Assembly: GCA_964291315.2 (NCBI GenBank)
Contig: OZ219753.1
Coordinates: 1,280,001-1,344,000, forward strand
Length of the DNA stretch: 64,000 bases
Reading direction: 5' to 3'
Source: Candidatus Poribacteria bacterium
GTDB taxonomy: Bacteria > Poribacteria > WGA-4E > WGA-3G
The position numbers were made by a program, and so were the translations under genes. The notes beneath the pieces were generated by a model, which worked only from the letters and a program-made list of their open reading frames with translations, made no database searches and was not told the DNA's origin. Below, piece after piece: positions 19,868 through 29,580 of the stretch (within the stretch, counting starts at the first letter, position 1; each line of letters opens with the position of its first letter).

Positions 19868-20910
19868 TATTGAGCACCCTTGACCTCGATGTCTTGTAAG
19901 ACTGCTGCTGCACGTTGAGCTAACTCAGTCGTCGGGTCGCGTTTGATAGCCCGGTTTAAGTGTAGAATGGCGCGTTCATCTCCATTTTTCGCCAACTCCA
20001 ATGCTTCCTCGAACCCTTTATTTCCATAACTGAAATCTCTTGCGCGGACCGTCAGATCGCGGTCTTTCCAATAATACTTTAGTTCATCAGACTCCCAATT
20101 CTGGTAGACATGCTTCCAATTAAGGGAATTGAAGATGTTCAAGTGCGGTTCGAGCATATGCTCAGCGATGGGATCGCCAAGTGCTTGGTAGCGGTTGTCG
20201 AGCGACACGCGAAGCCGGTCTTCGGTCAAATTCGGCAATGCCTTATGAACCGTCAGGGCCGGGAAGATGAGCGTGTCACCTATCTCATAATTCGTAGAAT
20301 GCCATTCGCCGGACAATTCGTCCTCATTAACGCATAGACTGCCGGCACCGAGCGAAAAGTGGTGCTCCATGACCTTGTTAATCTTATGCGAACCGGGCAA
20401 GACTGCCAACCCGCCTAATTCAATCGGACAATCCCCGACGGGTACCCAACAGGTGTAGGTCTGGAAATTTCCTTGGAAGTGGACAAAATCCTGATGGATG
20501 GGGGTTGTATGTGCTGTGTACTTAGGAAACCAGAGGCGAGCAATCTTCTGTGGATGTGGTAATACTTCTCTGCCGACAATCTTCTCCACCATATCGACAA
20601 CTTCGGGCCAATGGCCCGACCGATGGAACAATTCTAGCTTGTATATCTCGTGATATACCGCTGTGTATTCCGGATCCCCCTCGGTACATTGGGCGGAAAT
20701 ATTAGCGATGCCCTCTATTGGATCCGTCCCTGCAACCAGCCAACTGCCTTTCTGCAGCGTTGTTAACATATCCCGCCGCAACGCCCAGAGCTTGTCTGGA
20801 TTTTGCAGCCGCTTGAAGAAAAGGTAACCTTCCTCCGAGATGCGGCAACGCAACTCTTCCGGATCATCCATCGCATCGTTAGATATGTGAAGTTCTTTTA
20901 ATTCTGCCAT
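19867..20910 (-). CDS. Phytanoyl-CoA dioxygenase (PhyH) family protein
   Basis: EEGYL, HQD, GGLAVLPGSH, TVH and RVSLDNRY motifs. Confidence 0.9.
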   Translation of the reverse strand: MAELKELHISNDAMDDPEELRCRISEEGYLFFKRLQNPDKLWALRRDMLTTLQKGSWLVAGTDPIEGIANISAQCTEGDPEYTAVYHEIYKLELFHRSGHWPEVVDMVEKIVGREVLPHPQKIARLWFPKYTAHTTPIHQDFVHFQGNFQTYTCWVPVGDCPIELGGLAVLPGSHKINKVMEHHFSLGAGSLCVNEDELSGEWHSTNYEIGDTLIFPALTVHKALPNLTEDRLRVSLDNRYQALGDPIAEHMLEPHLNIFNSLNWKHVYQNWESDELKYYWKDRDLTVRARDFSYGNKGFEEALELAKNGDERAILHLNRAIKRDPTTELAQRAAAVLQDIEVKGAQ

Positions 20911-20985
20911 CTGAATTTCTCCTCGGATCTACTCATGTTCCAAAACTGTTGTTCAAGGTGTAATCTCGGAATTTGGAACACCGAT

Positions 20986-21807
20986 CTACGCCCTATTCTC
21001 TTCAAGCCAACCTACAGCGAAATCCACAATAGCGCGTTGGGGCATGAACTGACAGTTTCCTATGCCGACCCTACCACGCTGAACCACTTTTCCCGCGTCA
21101 GAACGCATAAAATCTGTCCCGATCTGCCCGAAATCCGAAGCGTTCACAGCTATATCCTCAAAGGTGACCCATCTTCTTGACCCTTCTTGCAAGATTGGTG
21201 CCCCTTCTTTTACAACGCGCTTGCTCGGAAAGCACGCCCGGTATTCAGCAAGGTGGATAGAGGTATTGCGTGAATGACCCACGCCGAGAAGCAGGATAGA
21301 ACCCGCCCGGTCATAGATTCTGGCAAGCGGCGAATTTTCGCCCAGACCAAATGCCAAAGAGTGATCATCTATGATATATGACGCATGCGGCCCGCTTGCA
21401 GAAAAAGAATGCTGTGGATGTACACTGCGGAGAACGCCTTTTTGCGTTCGGAAGGTTTCAGCGATTTTACCCATTGACCGCGTCGGGGTCAAATCCGGAT
21501 CGTAGGCGGGCATCGTCTCGCGTATTGTTTGCCACCACGCTTCGGGGACAGGCGGGTTTTCCCACTGACTCGGATCGCTGAGGTCACTTGAGTGGGCCGG
21601 CATCACAAGCGTGCCAGCTTCGCCTAAAACCTGCTGAAGGGCGATGATCACAGCAACCGCGCCACCACAAACCCAACCTAAGGCACTCAAGGAGGAATGG
21701 ACTAATAAAACCATTCCTTCTTCAATACCGAGCGCTTTAAAATCAGTCTGAAGCGATGCTACTGTAGCAAGTATTTCTGTCTTATCAATCACTTGAGCCT
21801 CAGGCAT
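20986..21807 (-). CDS. Aminoglycoside N(3)-acetyltransferase family (AAC(3)/YokD-like)
   Basis: LLVHSSLSALGWVCGG, GTLVMP, RSVHPQHSF and NTSIHLAE motifs. Confidence 0.92.
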   Translation of the reverse strand: MPEAQVIDKTEILATVASLQTDFKALGIEEGMVLLVHSSLSALGWVCGGAVAVIIALQQVLGEAGTLVMPAHSSDLSDPSQWENPPVPEAWWQTIRETMPAYDPDLTPTRSMGKIAETFRTQKGVLRSVHPQHSFSASGPHASYIIDDHSLAFGLGENSPLARIYDRAGSILLLGVGHSRNTSIHLAEYRACFPSKRVVKEGAPILQEGSRRWVTFEDIAVNASDFGQIGTDFMRSDAGKVVQRGRVGIGNCQFMPQRAIVDFAVGWLEENRA

Positions 21808-21901
21808 TGCTATCCTCTTTCAATTTCTTGTGGAACAGATTTTCTTTAAGGATACCACATTTGCCTTTGTTCGTAAATAAAAAATCTGTTTGATGTTTCT
21901 A

Positions 21902-21930
21902 TTGACGTTTTTTCGGGCTTATATTATTAT
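21902..21930 (+). promoter_or_regulatory. sigma70-type promoter
   Basis: TTGACG-17-TATTAT. Confidence 0.5.
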
Positions 21931-22083
21931 ATTCCCTGCTACTTGAATAGATATCGATGAAGAATGATTGTGCTTACTAGTAACTCCGGGTCCATCATAG
22001 AAATATAGGGTAGACATACACGCCCTGTCTGTTTCGACTTGTAGGTAAACATGGAGTGTTACCTACTTAAATTAAAGGAGTAC

Positions 22084-23472
22084 ATGGTGTTAAATCGTAA
22101 GAAATTTGCCATCGGGGGGCTGTTGTGCCTCGCGGTGCTTGCTTGTGGTTTCTGGGTCTTTCGCTTGAAGAATCAAAACCTCTACCCAGAGGCAAGACAA
22201 CCGGGCGGAATGCCAGCTGCACAACCGCCGCATCCAGATTCAGATATCCTTAAAGAAGCACAAGGACACCTTGAGAAGTTGTACGCCCTTTCAGGCACCT
22301 TAACTCCTGAAGAGAGAAAGGTATACCTTGATAGCACTTTCGCACTAGAGAAACTGTTCAATGCTCAACGGGGACCCTTACTGCCGAACGCGGAATATGA
22401 ACGGTTTGTCGCGCATATCGAAGAATTGATGCTTGAGAACCCCGGGATCGGCTTAGAACATCGACCGGCAGAGAGCCCCGAAGAGACCTATGAACGTCAG
22501 CAACGCCGGCAAGAAGAACTTGAAAATGTTACGGCTGCCATAGCGGAAGTAAAGACATCCGAAGACATGGCACTCGGCGCAAAAGAGGCACTCCTCTCCA
22601 TCCTTGAACACCGCTTTTCCGTGCTGCAAAGCGACGGGTCGGAGGAACGTGAAATGGCAAGGGTTTTTGCCGAATTAAAAAAGACAGATCCGGACATAGT
22701 GGGGTTGGAGAAAGATGATGCAACCGGTCTCTACACGAAACTCTATCCGAATATGCTGACAATCTATAAATGGAGAATTCACAAACCCGACGGAACTGTG
22801 GATGTCGAGTACGCCGGTTCAAGTGGCAGCGCTGAGGATCCAGATCTTCATCAAGAGATACAGGAGTATGCTGATCTGATGGAGAACACACCGCCTTGGG
22901 CCTGGGAAAAACTGCCCCCACCCCCCGAACACGAGGATTTACGTTTTTCTGTAGAGTACAAGGACATTTACGTAGATGCGGACGGGAAGCGAATTTCCAC
23001 AGAGCAAGCGGAAACATCCGGCAGAACACCGGCAGAACTTCCACAGGGATATCCTGAACCGGCCATCACCGCAGAAGAGGTTAAGTCGTTGAAGGGAGCC
23101 CTCACTGAACTCAAAACATCAGATCCCTCTGAGTGGGAAAAGAGTCAGCAGTTTTTTGAAAAAGCCGTCGGTATTCCACTGGATCAGTTCTTGGAGATGA
23201 CAGATGCGGAAATTGAAGCTGAGTTGAGTCAACAACTCTCTGCAAGTCAGCGAGACTCGGTGAGTGGCACGACAGACACATCAATGGAAGTGCTCGCTGA
23301 TAAGAACTTAACGGCTGGGCTGCGCCAGAGCTTCTCGCCTGAAACGGCTACTCAGGCACTACAAGTGCTGAGTCTCTACGGTCGGAAAGAGGGGGTCCGT
23401 AGACTGAAAGCCATGGATCCAGAGGTAGCCGCACACATAGAGAATTTTCTCCAAAAACATGGAGAGAAATGA
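22084..23472 (+). CDS. Hypothetical membrane-anchored acidic protein
   Basis: Long ORF with AAAGGAG RBS before ATG 22084, an N-terminal TM helix and a Glu/Pro-rich body. Confidence 0.75.
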   Translation: MVLNRKKFAIGGLLCLAVLACGFWVFRLKNQNLYPEARQPGGMPAAQPPHPDSDILKEAQGHLEKLYALSGTLTPEERKVYLDSTFALEKLFNAQRGPLLPNAEYERFVAHIEELMLENPGIGLEHRPAESPEETYERQQRRQEELENVTAAIAEVKTSEDMALGAKEALLSILEHRFSVLQSDGSEEREMARVFAELKKTDPDIVGLEKDDATGLYTKLYPNMLTIYKWRIHKPDGTVDVEYAGSSGSAEDPDLHQEIQEYADLMENTPPWAWEKLPPPPEHEDLRFSVEYKDIYVDADGKRISTEQAETSGRTPAELPQGYPEPAITAEEVKSLKGALTELKTSDPSEWEKSQQFFEKAVGIPLDQFLEMTDAEIEAELSQQLSASQRDSVSGTTDTSMEVLADKNLTAGLRQSFSPETATQALQVLSLYGRKEGVRRLKAMDPEVAAHIENFLQKHGEK

Positions 23473-23550
23473 AAGGGGCACTTTCCTTTATAGGCTAAGT
23501 GTGTTTGTAGCCGCTGCTATTCTCATAACCGATGTATCTCCGGACAAATT

Positions 23551-24447
23551 TTAAAACTGTGATGCCAAATCGTCGAGCATCTGGCGGATGGTATGTTCGC
23601 CACTATCAATAAACAGCGGTGCTAAGGGCCCCCTGCCGTGCAAAGTCTGGAGTAAGCTATCAATCTGTATCATCCGTTGCGGCGGCGTGCGACACTCGCG
23701 CCATTTTTTAACGAAATCACGCGCGGGTTGTGGATTCCCAGTACTCAGGGAGCGGGCACTTCTACGCCACGCCTGCCATTTGAAGGTATGTGCACACTGT
23801 CCACATTCGAGCCTTTCATCTCTCTTTTTTAGGCTCTTGCGGTAAGCCCGCCACCGCCGTTTATAACCGCACACCGTGCATTCAATATTGCCGTGCTGGT
23901 GGCGTGCAACGTTTTGACATTTAGGGCATCGCAAATCAGGATTGGGCTGTCGACGTTTAGGGACTCGATCCACCGGAGGTGGTCTACGCACAAGGGCAAG
24001 ACAGCTTGGACACGGTAAGCGGACACGCGTCCTCACGGATTGCTTGTAGGCTTCCTGAGCCCAGGTTTTGCCACAGGCACATCGCAATACAGCTTCTCTG
24101 TATAGAACTGCGCTGCAATCAAAGCATCGCGGTGTGTCCCGGAGTGCCTGCCGGCAGTCGCGCCAGAGGAGGCGCACAGAACAGTGCGAGCAACGGAACC
24201 ACTGTTCGCGGGTTCCACCTTCACCCTTACTAAAAAGCGGATCCACCCGGCGTGTGATCTTCGTCCCGCATTTTGGACAAGGCACACGCCCCTCAAGATA
24301 GACATCGGCAACTGTAGCGATGTCTGCACAACGAGCGTAGAGCCCCCAACCGACATCGTGTAACAGGACATCATCGTAGATACCGAGTCGAGCGTATCGA
24401 TACAGCCGGCGGATTTTGATCGGTTTAACGCGCGGTGCCCAATTCAT
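23551..24447 (-). CDS. Hypothetical multi-zinc-ribbon basic protein
   Basis: Seven CxxC motifs plus one CxC. Arg/Trp-rich. Lies 12 nt downstream of the upstream Gfo gene. Confidence 0.75.
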   Translation of the reverse strand: MNWAPRVKPIKIRRLYRYARLGIYDDVLLHDVGWGLYARCADIATVADVYLEGRVPCPKCGTKITRRVDPLFSKGEGGTREQWFRCSHCSVRLLWRDCRQALRDTPRCFDCSAVLYREAVLRCACGKTWAQEAYKQSVRTRVRLPCPSCLALVRRPPPVDRVPKRRQPNPDLRCPKCQNVARHQHGNIECTVCGYKRRWRAYRKSLKKRDERLECGQCAHTFKWQAWRRSARSLSTGNPQPARDFVKKWRECRTPPQRMIQIDSLLQTLHGRGPLAPLFIDSGEHTIRQMLDDLASQF

Positions 24448-24459
24448 ATTGTTGCGGAT

Positions 24460-25503
24460 TTAACGCTCTTTGATCGGTATTTGAACAACTTCGCCTGTTT
24501 CAACACTACGACTAATTGCCTCCAAAACGCGCATGTTTTGATAGGAATCCTCAAGACTAGCATGCGGCTGTGTCCCCGTCTGTAAGGACGTTGCCCAATG
24601 CTGCATCTCTTCGAGATACCCGGGTCTGCCGACCCCATGGAATGCGGTGTTGAGGTCCCATTCTTCAGTCGGTGTATCGGCATAACCGCCGCCCTCGCCG
24701 AGCCAGGTCGGTGTCCGGTAACGGCGCAACTTGCGCGTCTCCAATACCTGAATTGCCTGGTTGTTTGTGCCTTTGATGAAAACCATTGCTTCCAAAACCG
24801 GACCGATGCCGAGCGTCATCGTGCCAATACCGCCCTGCTTGTAGCGCAGATTCACGGATATTGAGACGGTGCTCGATGCAGTGTCAACCATGCCCGTCGC
24901 GTAAACCTCGCTGACCTGCCCCATAAAGAAACGCATACAATCCGTCGGATGTATCACCTGATCCAGCATGAAGGGCCATGCGAACGGAGAACCTGCTTCC
25001 CGAAGACGCGGCCCCGGCGCGAGGTATCGGGTATGATATTGACAGGCTTCACCAAACGTTCCTTCATTGATTAGCTGCTTTGCAATCTGGTGCGCCGGCG
25101 CATGCCGCCACATTGTGCCGACCATACCTGTCTTGCCGGTTTCATGTGACGCATCAACGAGTCTCCTCGCGCCCTCAGCGGTGGTCGCAGGCGGCTTTTC
25201 GGTGTAGATGTGATACCCGCGTTGGAGACACTCAACACCAATGTCTCGATGTAGCTTATCCTCCGGCCTGCCAACAACCGCTACCGCGTACAGATCTTCC
25301 TTACTAAGCATCTCATCGTAATCGGTATAGTGTCGAAGTGCGCCGAATCTTCGGGCATTCGATTCCGCCTTTCCCTCAACAAGGTCACAAGTAGCAACAA
25401 ACTCAAACGCTGGCACCATCGGTATGCACTGTTGCAACTGCGATGACATGCCACCACAACCGATAAAAGCAATTCGAATTTTATCCTTTGGCATCTGATC
25501 CAT
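24460..25503 (-). CDS. Gfo/Idh/MocA family oxidoreductase
   Basis: IAFIGCGG, YTEKP and DQVIHPTD motifs. GGAGG RBS before 25503. Confidence 0.9.
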   Translation of the reverse strand: MDQMPKDKIRIAFIGCGGMSSQLQQCIPMVPAFEFVATCDLVEGKAESNARRFGALRHYTDYDEMLSKEDLYAVAVVGRPEDKLHRDIGVECLQRGYHIYTEKPPATTAEGARRLVDASHETGKTGMVGTMWRHAPAHQIAKQLINEGTFGEACQYHTRYLAPGPRLREAGSPFAWPFMLDQVIHPTDCMRFFMGQVSEVYATGMVDTASSTVSISVNLRYKQGGIGTMTLGIGPVLEAMVFIKGTNNQAIQVLETRKLRRYRTPTWLGEGGGYADTPTEEWDLNTAFHGVGRPGYLEEMQHWATSLQTGTQPHASLEDSYQNMRVLEAISRSVETGEVVQIPIKER

Positions 25504-25686
25504 TCTATTTTTCCTCCGAAATGTTGCCGAGAGGTTCAGTATATTCACTGAGAAGCCATTAGGCAACCGGAACCTAATAAACAATAGTGTTCTTGGCAAA
25601 CCGAATCAGTAACTCTCATCGCTCAATGAACAATTGACACAACCATACAACCTTCACTCTACCACAGATTTTGATTAAATGCCATG

Positions 25687-27033
25687 TTAATGTTCTGTCT
25701 CCATTCGCGCCAGAAGCCGCTCTGCCGGTTCATCTGCCGAATCCTGCACAACGAGTTCACCAGAGAACGCCTGCTGCAAAATAGACCGTCGCAAACGTTC
25801 AGCACGTGCCAGCTCTGCCGTGACGGTCGCTTCAACCTCATCAGCAGCTGAAAGGTACCTCTCAACTTCAGTGACGATGTGCCCTTGCTCTGCCAGCGGT
25901 GGAAGGGGGACTTGTATTTGCCTTAGTTTTGTAGCATTGACGTTTGGAAGAGCAATTCCTGCTTTTTCTTCTGAAATAGTTCGCCAATAATCCGGACTTT
26001 TGAGAAAAAATGCAAGGTAGTTCCCATCAATCACCGGTAACGGCTTGAAACGAATTAGATATGACGCAAACACCGCATTTTGTGGGTTTTTAACCAAGTA
26101 ACTATAACCAACAGAGCCCGCTCGGGAAATGAGAATATCCCCTGTTTTTAAAAGGTATTTTTCTTTGTCTTTCGGTCCTTCTGCACAGTATGGAACTGTT
26201 TCCCAGTTGACATTCCCGGTGGTAATATCGGTAGTCCGGAGTAAATGGAGCGTTCCTTGTGGGTTTGCCTTTGTTGTCCATCCATACTGTGGGGGTGAGC
26301 AGACCTGTTGGAGCGTTGTCCAAACCCATCCTTTTGGCAAATTATCAGAAACTGATACCGGTTTTAATTCCGCTGAATATTCTTCCCGCCATTCCTTCGT
26401 CAACGCTCCTTCGAACGCAGCTTTGAGGATCGACCGTCTATACTGCTGCAGCTGCACTTGCACTTTTTTGAGGCAGGCAACCGCTGCGTCTAAGTGTGTA
26501 AAAAGCACCTCTAGCTTGGCTACAATGCGACGCTGCTCCGCCAACGGTGGAAGTGGAATCTCAACTTTCAACGGAAAATTACGAGAGATACCACCAACAG
26601 TAGCTCCTCGAAAATCCGAGAGGATCTGTTGCTGTCCGTTGCTGCTAAAGAGATAATAAAACACGAATTTTGGGAGAGCAACCTCTGAGTCTACCCGCAC
26701 AATAAACAGATGCTCATTAACTGCAGCCTCTTTATATGGGAAATCGCTATCAACAAAACTGGTTTTTCCAGTTGTTGCTCCATCTTTCACAACGATAATG
26801 TCATTTGGGTGAATACGTCCTCTGTTCAGTGATTTAAAAAATGCTGCAGGAATATATCTTATTTTTTCAAAGTTAAAACGTCCTTCTGTATTTAAGTGTT
26901 CGCCGCCAAGGCTGGGTATTCCTTCAAGGATTCCACGGACCCCGCCTTGTGGGCGTGAGCCGCTTTCAAGTGTGATGCATTCACTCAACTTCATGCTCTG
27001 CCAACCCTCTGAATATCTATCACGCCTTTCCAC
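25687..27033 (-). CDS. hsdS: Type I restriction-modification specificity subunit (orphan)
   Basis: Two TRDs, each followed by the conserved PLPPLAEQ, plus RSILKAAFEG / SILQQAFSGEL and LPKGW motifs. Confidence 0.93.
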   Translation of the reverse strand: MERRDRYSEGWQSMKLSECITLESGSRPQGGVRGILEGIPSLGGEHLNTEGRFNFEKIRYIPAAFFKSLNRGRIHPNDIIVVKDGATTGKTSFVDSDFPYKEAAVNEHLFIVRVDSEVALPKFVFYYLFSSNGQQQILSDFRGATVGGISRNFPLKVEIPLPPLAEQRRIVAKLEVLFTHLDAAVACLKKVQVQLQQYRRSILKAAFEGALTKEWREEYSAELKPVSVSDNLPKGWVWTTLQQVCSPPQYGWTTKANPQGTLHLLRTTDITTGNVNWETVPYCAEGPKDKEKYLLKTGDILISRAGSVGYSYLVKNPQNAVFASYLIRFKPLPVIDGNYLAFFLKSPDYWRTISEEKAGIALPNVNATKLRQIQVPLPPLAEQGHIVTEVERYLSAADEVEATVTAELARAERLRRSILQQAFSGELVVQDSADEPAERLLARMETEH

Positions 27034-27100
27034 TATTAACGCTCCTTTAAAAATAACGCTGCAATTGGAATCAAATTCATTTCAGAGATTGTCCTGCGGT

Positions 27101-27820
27101 CTATTCCACTTCTAAGAGATCTGCTAATTCATTAAAATCGCAAGCGACCACATCGGACGGATATGCTGTAACCTCTTGGACGCTGCCGTGCCCATATTCC
27201 AAGGGCCGCGGCACGAGAGCCGTCTGAAAACCGACAGCTTTCGAGGCACGGAGGTCTCCAGGGTGTGCAGCAACCATCATGACTTCACTCGGAGACCAAC
27301 CAAGTAAAGCAGCAGCAGTCTTGTAGACTTTGAGGTCGGGTTTGTAATGACCCATTAATTCCGCAGAGAGGACGCAATCCCACGGCAGGCCTGCGAATTT
27401 TGCCATGTTCGTTAGCAGCGCGATATTACCGTTAGAGAGCGTAGCAACAACGTACCGCTTACGGAGCCGTGTCAAGCCGCCGACTGCATCAGGCCAAGGC
27501 TTGAGTCGATGCCACGCTCTATTTAGATAATCCTTATCGGTTTCAGGCACATCGTTAATATTAAATTCGTTAAGAAGGTCGTCCAAAATCAGTCGATGCA
27601 GCGCGTCAATGTTCTGCCACGGTAATTCGCCTTGTCGCACCTTGTCCATCGCAGGTCCGTAACCAGCCCGCCATTTCAAGGTGAATTGTGTCCAATCTAT
27701 ATCAATGCCGTGTGTCTTTCCAAACTTTTCACCTTCCGCAACAATTGAGCTGTACCAGTCTACGACTGTGCCAAAGACATCAAAGGTGAGTGCCTTAATG
27801 TCGGCAGGAGTGCTTTGCAT
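27101..27820 (-). CDS. Haloacid dehalogenase type II
   Basis: FDVFGTVVDW, LSNGN, YKP and MMVAAH..DL motifs. Confidence 0.92.
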   Translation of the reverse strand: MQSTPADIKALTFDVFGTVVDWYSSIVAEGEKFGKTHGIDIDWTQFTLKWRAGYGPAMDKVRQGELPWQNIDALHRLILDDLLNEFNINDVPETDKDYLNRAWHRLKPWPDAVGGLTRLRKRYVVATLSNGNIALLTNMAKFAGLPWDCVLSAELMGHYKPDLKVYKTAAALLGWSPSEVMMVAAHPGDLRASKAVGFQTALVPRPLEYGHGSVQEVTAYPSDVVACDFNELADLLEVE

Positions 27821-27933
27821 GATGCTATGTCCGTATCTGTTATCTGAAAGTTTAAGAGAAAAGCGTTCGGTTTCCCCTTTTAATTTACCTCACATCATAC
27901 ACTAGTTTATTCTAGTTGTCCACTGATATTTTC

Positions 27934-28323
27934 TTATAAAAACGGATTGTGCGCGACTTCCCAATAGAAGCCGTCGGGATCTTTGAAGTAGCCCGAATAG
28001 CCACCCCAGAATGCCTTCTGTCCGGGTTTAACCAGTTCAGCCCCTGCAGCAACCGCCTCTGCTAAAGTCTGATCTACCTCTTCTGGAGAGGCGACGTTAT
28101 GGGCGAGTGTAAACCCTTGAAAGCCTGTGCCTTCAGGCGAAATTGTAATATCTTCAGCGAGCTTGTCTCTCGGATAGAGCGCGAGTATAGTCTCTGTCAT
28201 CTCAAAGAACGCGATCCGCTCTGATTTATCTTTTATCGGTAAGCCCAATCCGTTGTGATAAAAATCGATGGCGCGCGGCAGGTCTACGACCCCGAGTGTA
28301 ATGATAGTAATATGTGGTTGCAT
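27934..28323 (-). CDS. VOC/glyoxalase family protein
   Basis: ITLGVVDL and FWGGYSGYFKDPDGFYWEVAHNP motifs. AAGGAG RBS. Confidence 0.92.
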   Translation of the reverse strand: MQPHITIITLGVVDLPRAIDFYHNGLGLPIKDKSERIAFFEMTETILALYPRDKLAEDITISPEGTGFQGFTLAHNVASPEEVDQTLAEAVAAGAELVKPGQKAFWGGYSGYFKDPDGFYWEVAHNPFL

Positions 28324-28402
28324 GTCCAACTCCTTTTGTGTTGATTTCTGAAGAAAATAGAAATGGCGAGGTTGAGACCCCTCGCCGGTAAAATGTAGAC
28401 TC

Positions 28403-28568
28403 TTGACATACGCCCGTCTCTTAAGCACGGGGGATTCTGCTGAAAGTGACTCCCTCGCTTTTTGGTGCGGAGCGTGACGTTTCGATGTTGGTTGAAGCTT
28501 GTGAGGGGCGCTTGCAATCGCAAGAACAGCCCCTCATATAGATATCACCGAGGCTTTCTCCCTCCCGC
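28403..28568 (-). mobile_element. Non-autonomous IS200/IS605-end-derived element (PATE/omegaRNA-like), copy 2
   Basis: The minus strand ends GAATCCCCCGTGCTTAAGAGACGGGCGTATGTCAA, a subterminal hairpin plus TCAA typical of IS605/IS1341 right ends. Homologous to 14829-14991. Confidence 0.6.
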
Positions 28569-28703
28569 ATCTGTTCCACATTGCCCACAATCGTCAATTT
28601 TATTTAATTGACACAACACACTAACCGCTACGACATCCCCGGACACAGCGGAACGCTGTTTTGTAGCGAAAGATTTGATAATTTACAACAATACCGCTGG
28701 ACT

Positions 28704-29297
28704 TCAGGGCCCCACGCTGTAGGGTGCCAAAAACTTCCGAAGCTGTCGAATCGCAGCATTTTTCCGGGAGGCAACCGTGCCAACCGGACATTGGACAATA
28801 TCAGCGACCTCTTGATAAGACAGCCCCTGAACTTCCGTTAGGCGAAACACCAGTTGGTGTTCTTTTGAGAGCTTGCTGATTGCCTCCTGAATTGCCTCGT
28901 AGGTCTCTTTGGCAATGAGCAGTGCCTCCGGTGAATAGCGGGTATCTGCAATAGCGATAGCAATAGGAGGACAGTTGCCATCATCACTATCTCCATATTG
29001 TGTATCTAATGATTCTATTTCGGGTGTCCTTTGCTCTTTCGCCAACTGTTTCAAGCAGAGGTTTTTGGCGATGTGATAAAGAAACGTCCTAAATTTCGCG
29101 ATGGGGCGGTACGTTGGTACGCAGCGCCATAAGCGCAGGAACGTCTCTTGGCAAAGGTCCTCCGCCAGGTGTCGATTTTTAACAAACCGATAAATAAAGT
29201 TTAATGTATTTGTGTAATGCCGTTCGGTTAAAATTTGGAATGCGTCTCTGTTTCCATCTTTCACAGAGAGCATTAACTGTTCATCAGTTTGTGTCAT
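28704..29297 (-). CDS. ECF-type RNA polymerase sigma-70 factor
   Basis: AEDLCQETFLRLW, FRTFLYHIAKN and GLSYQEVADIVQCPVGTVASR motifs. GAGGAG RBS. Confidence 0.93.
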   Translation of the reverse strand: MTQTDEQLMLSVKDGNRDAFQILTERHYTNTLNFIYRFVKNRHLAEDLCQETFLRLWRCVPTYRPIAKFRTFLYHIAKNLCLKQLAKEQRTPEIESLDTQYGDSDDGNCPPIAIAIADTRYSPEALLIAKETYEAIQEAISKLSKEHQLVFRLTEVQGLSYQEVADIVQCPVGTVASRKNAAIRQLRKFLAPYSVGP

Positions 29298-29322
29298 GCT
29301 AGTCTCCTCAAAGAGGAGCGTA

Positions 29323-29580
29323 TCAAGCGAAGGCGTGTAACCCTCCTTTGCTTACATACAGAAGGATGCCCGCTTGCTCACTCCTCGGTCTGTGCCTACT
29401 CCATAATCGAGTCCTAATCCAACAACGGAACACGCTAGCAGATTTAGATGCCCGCGCTTTCAAGGAGGTTCTTTCTCCTAAATTACAACCTTGCACTTTC
29501 CCTCCGGTTCCGCTACTCCATACCCTCTTAATCCAATCGCGAGGCGCTGCCTCTGCTAAGCACAAAAAGTATTGATGCAT
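29323..29580 (-). CDS. Small hypothetical protein upstream of the ECF sigma factor
   Basis: AAAGGAGA RBS before ATG, and the ORF ends 25 nt before the sigma start. No recognisable domain. Confidence 0.35.
   Translation of the reverse strand: MHQYFLCLAEAAPRDWIKRVWSSGTGGKVQGCNLGERTSLKARASKSASVFRCWIRTRLWSRHRPRSEQAGILLYVSKGGLHAFA

Noticed and set aside
20986-21807. Acquired aminoglycoside resistance gene
   Set aside because: It looks like a chromosomal YokD-type family member with no integron or IS context, and the substrate cannot be inferred.
28403-29297. RNA-guided sigma factor system (dCas12f/TnpB-derived plus sigmaE)
   Set aside because: No TnpB/Cas12f-like ORF is present in the window, and a homologous element at 14829 has no sigma gene. 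The adjacency may be chance.
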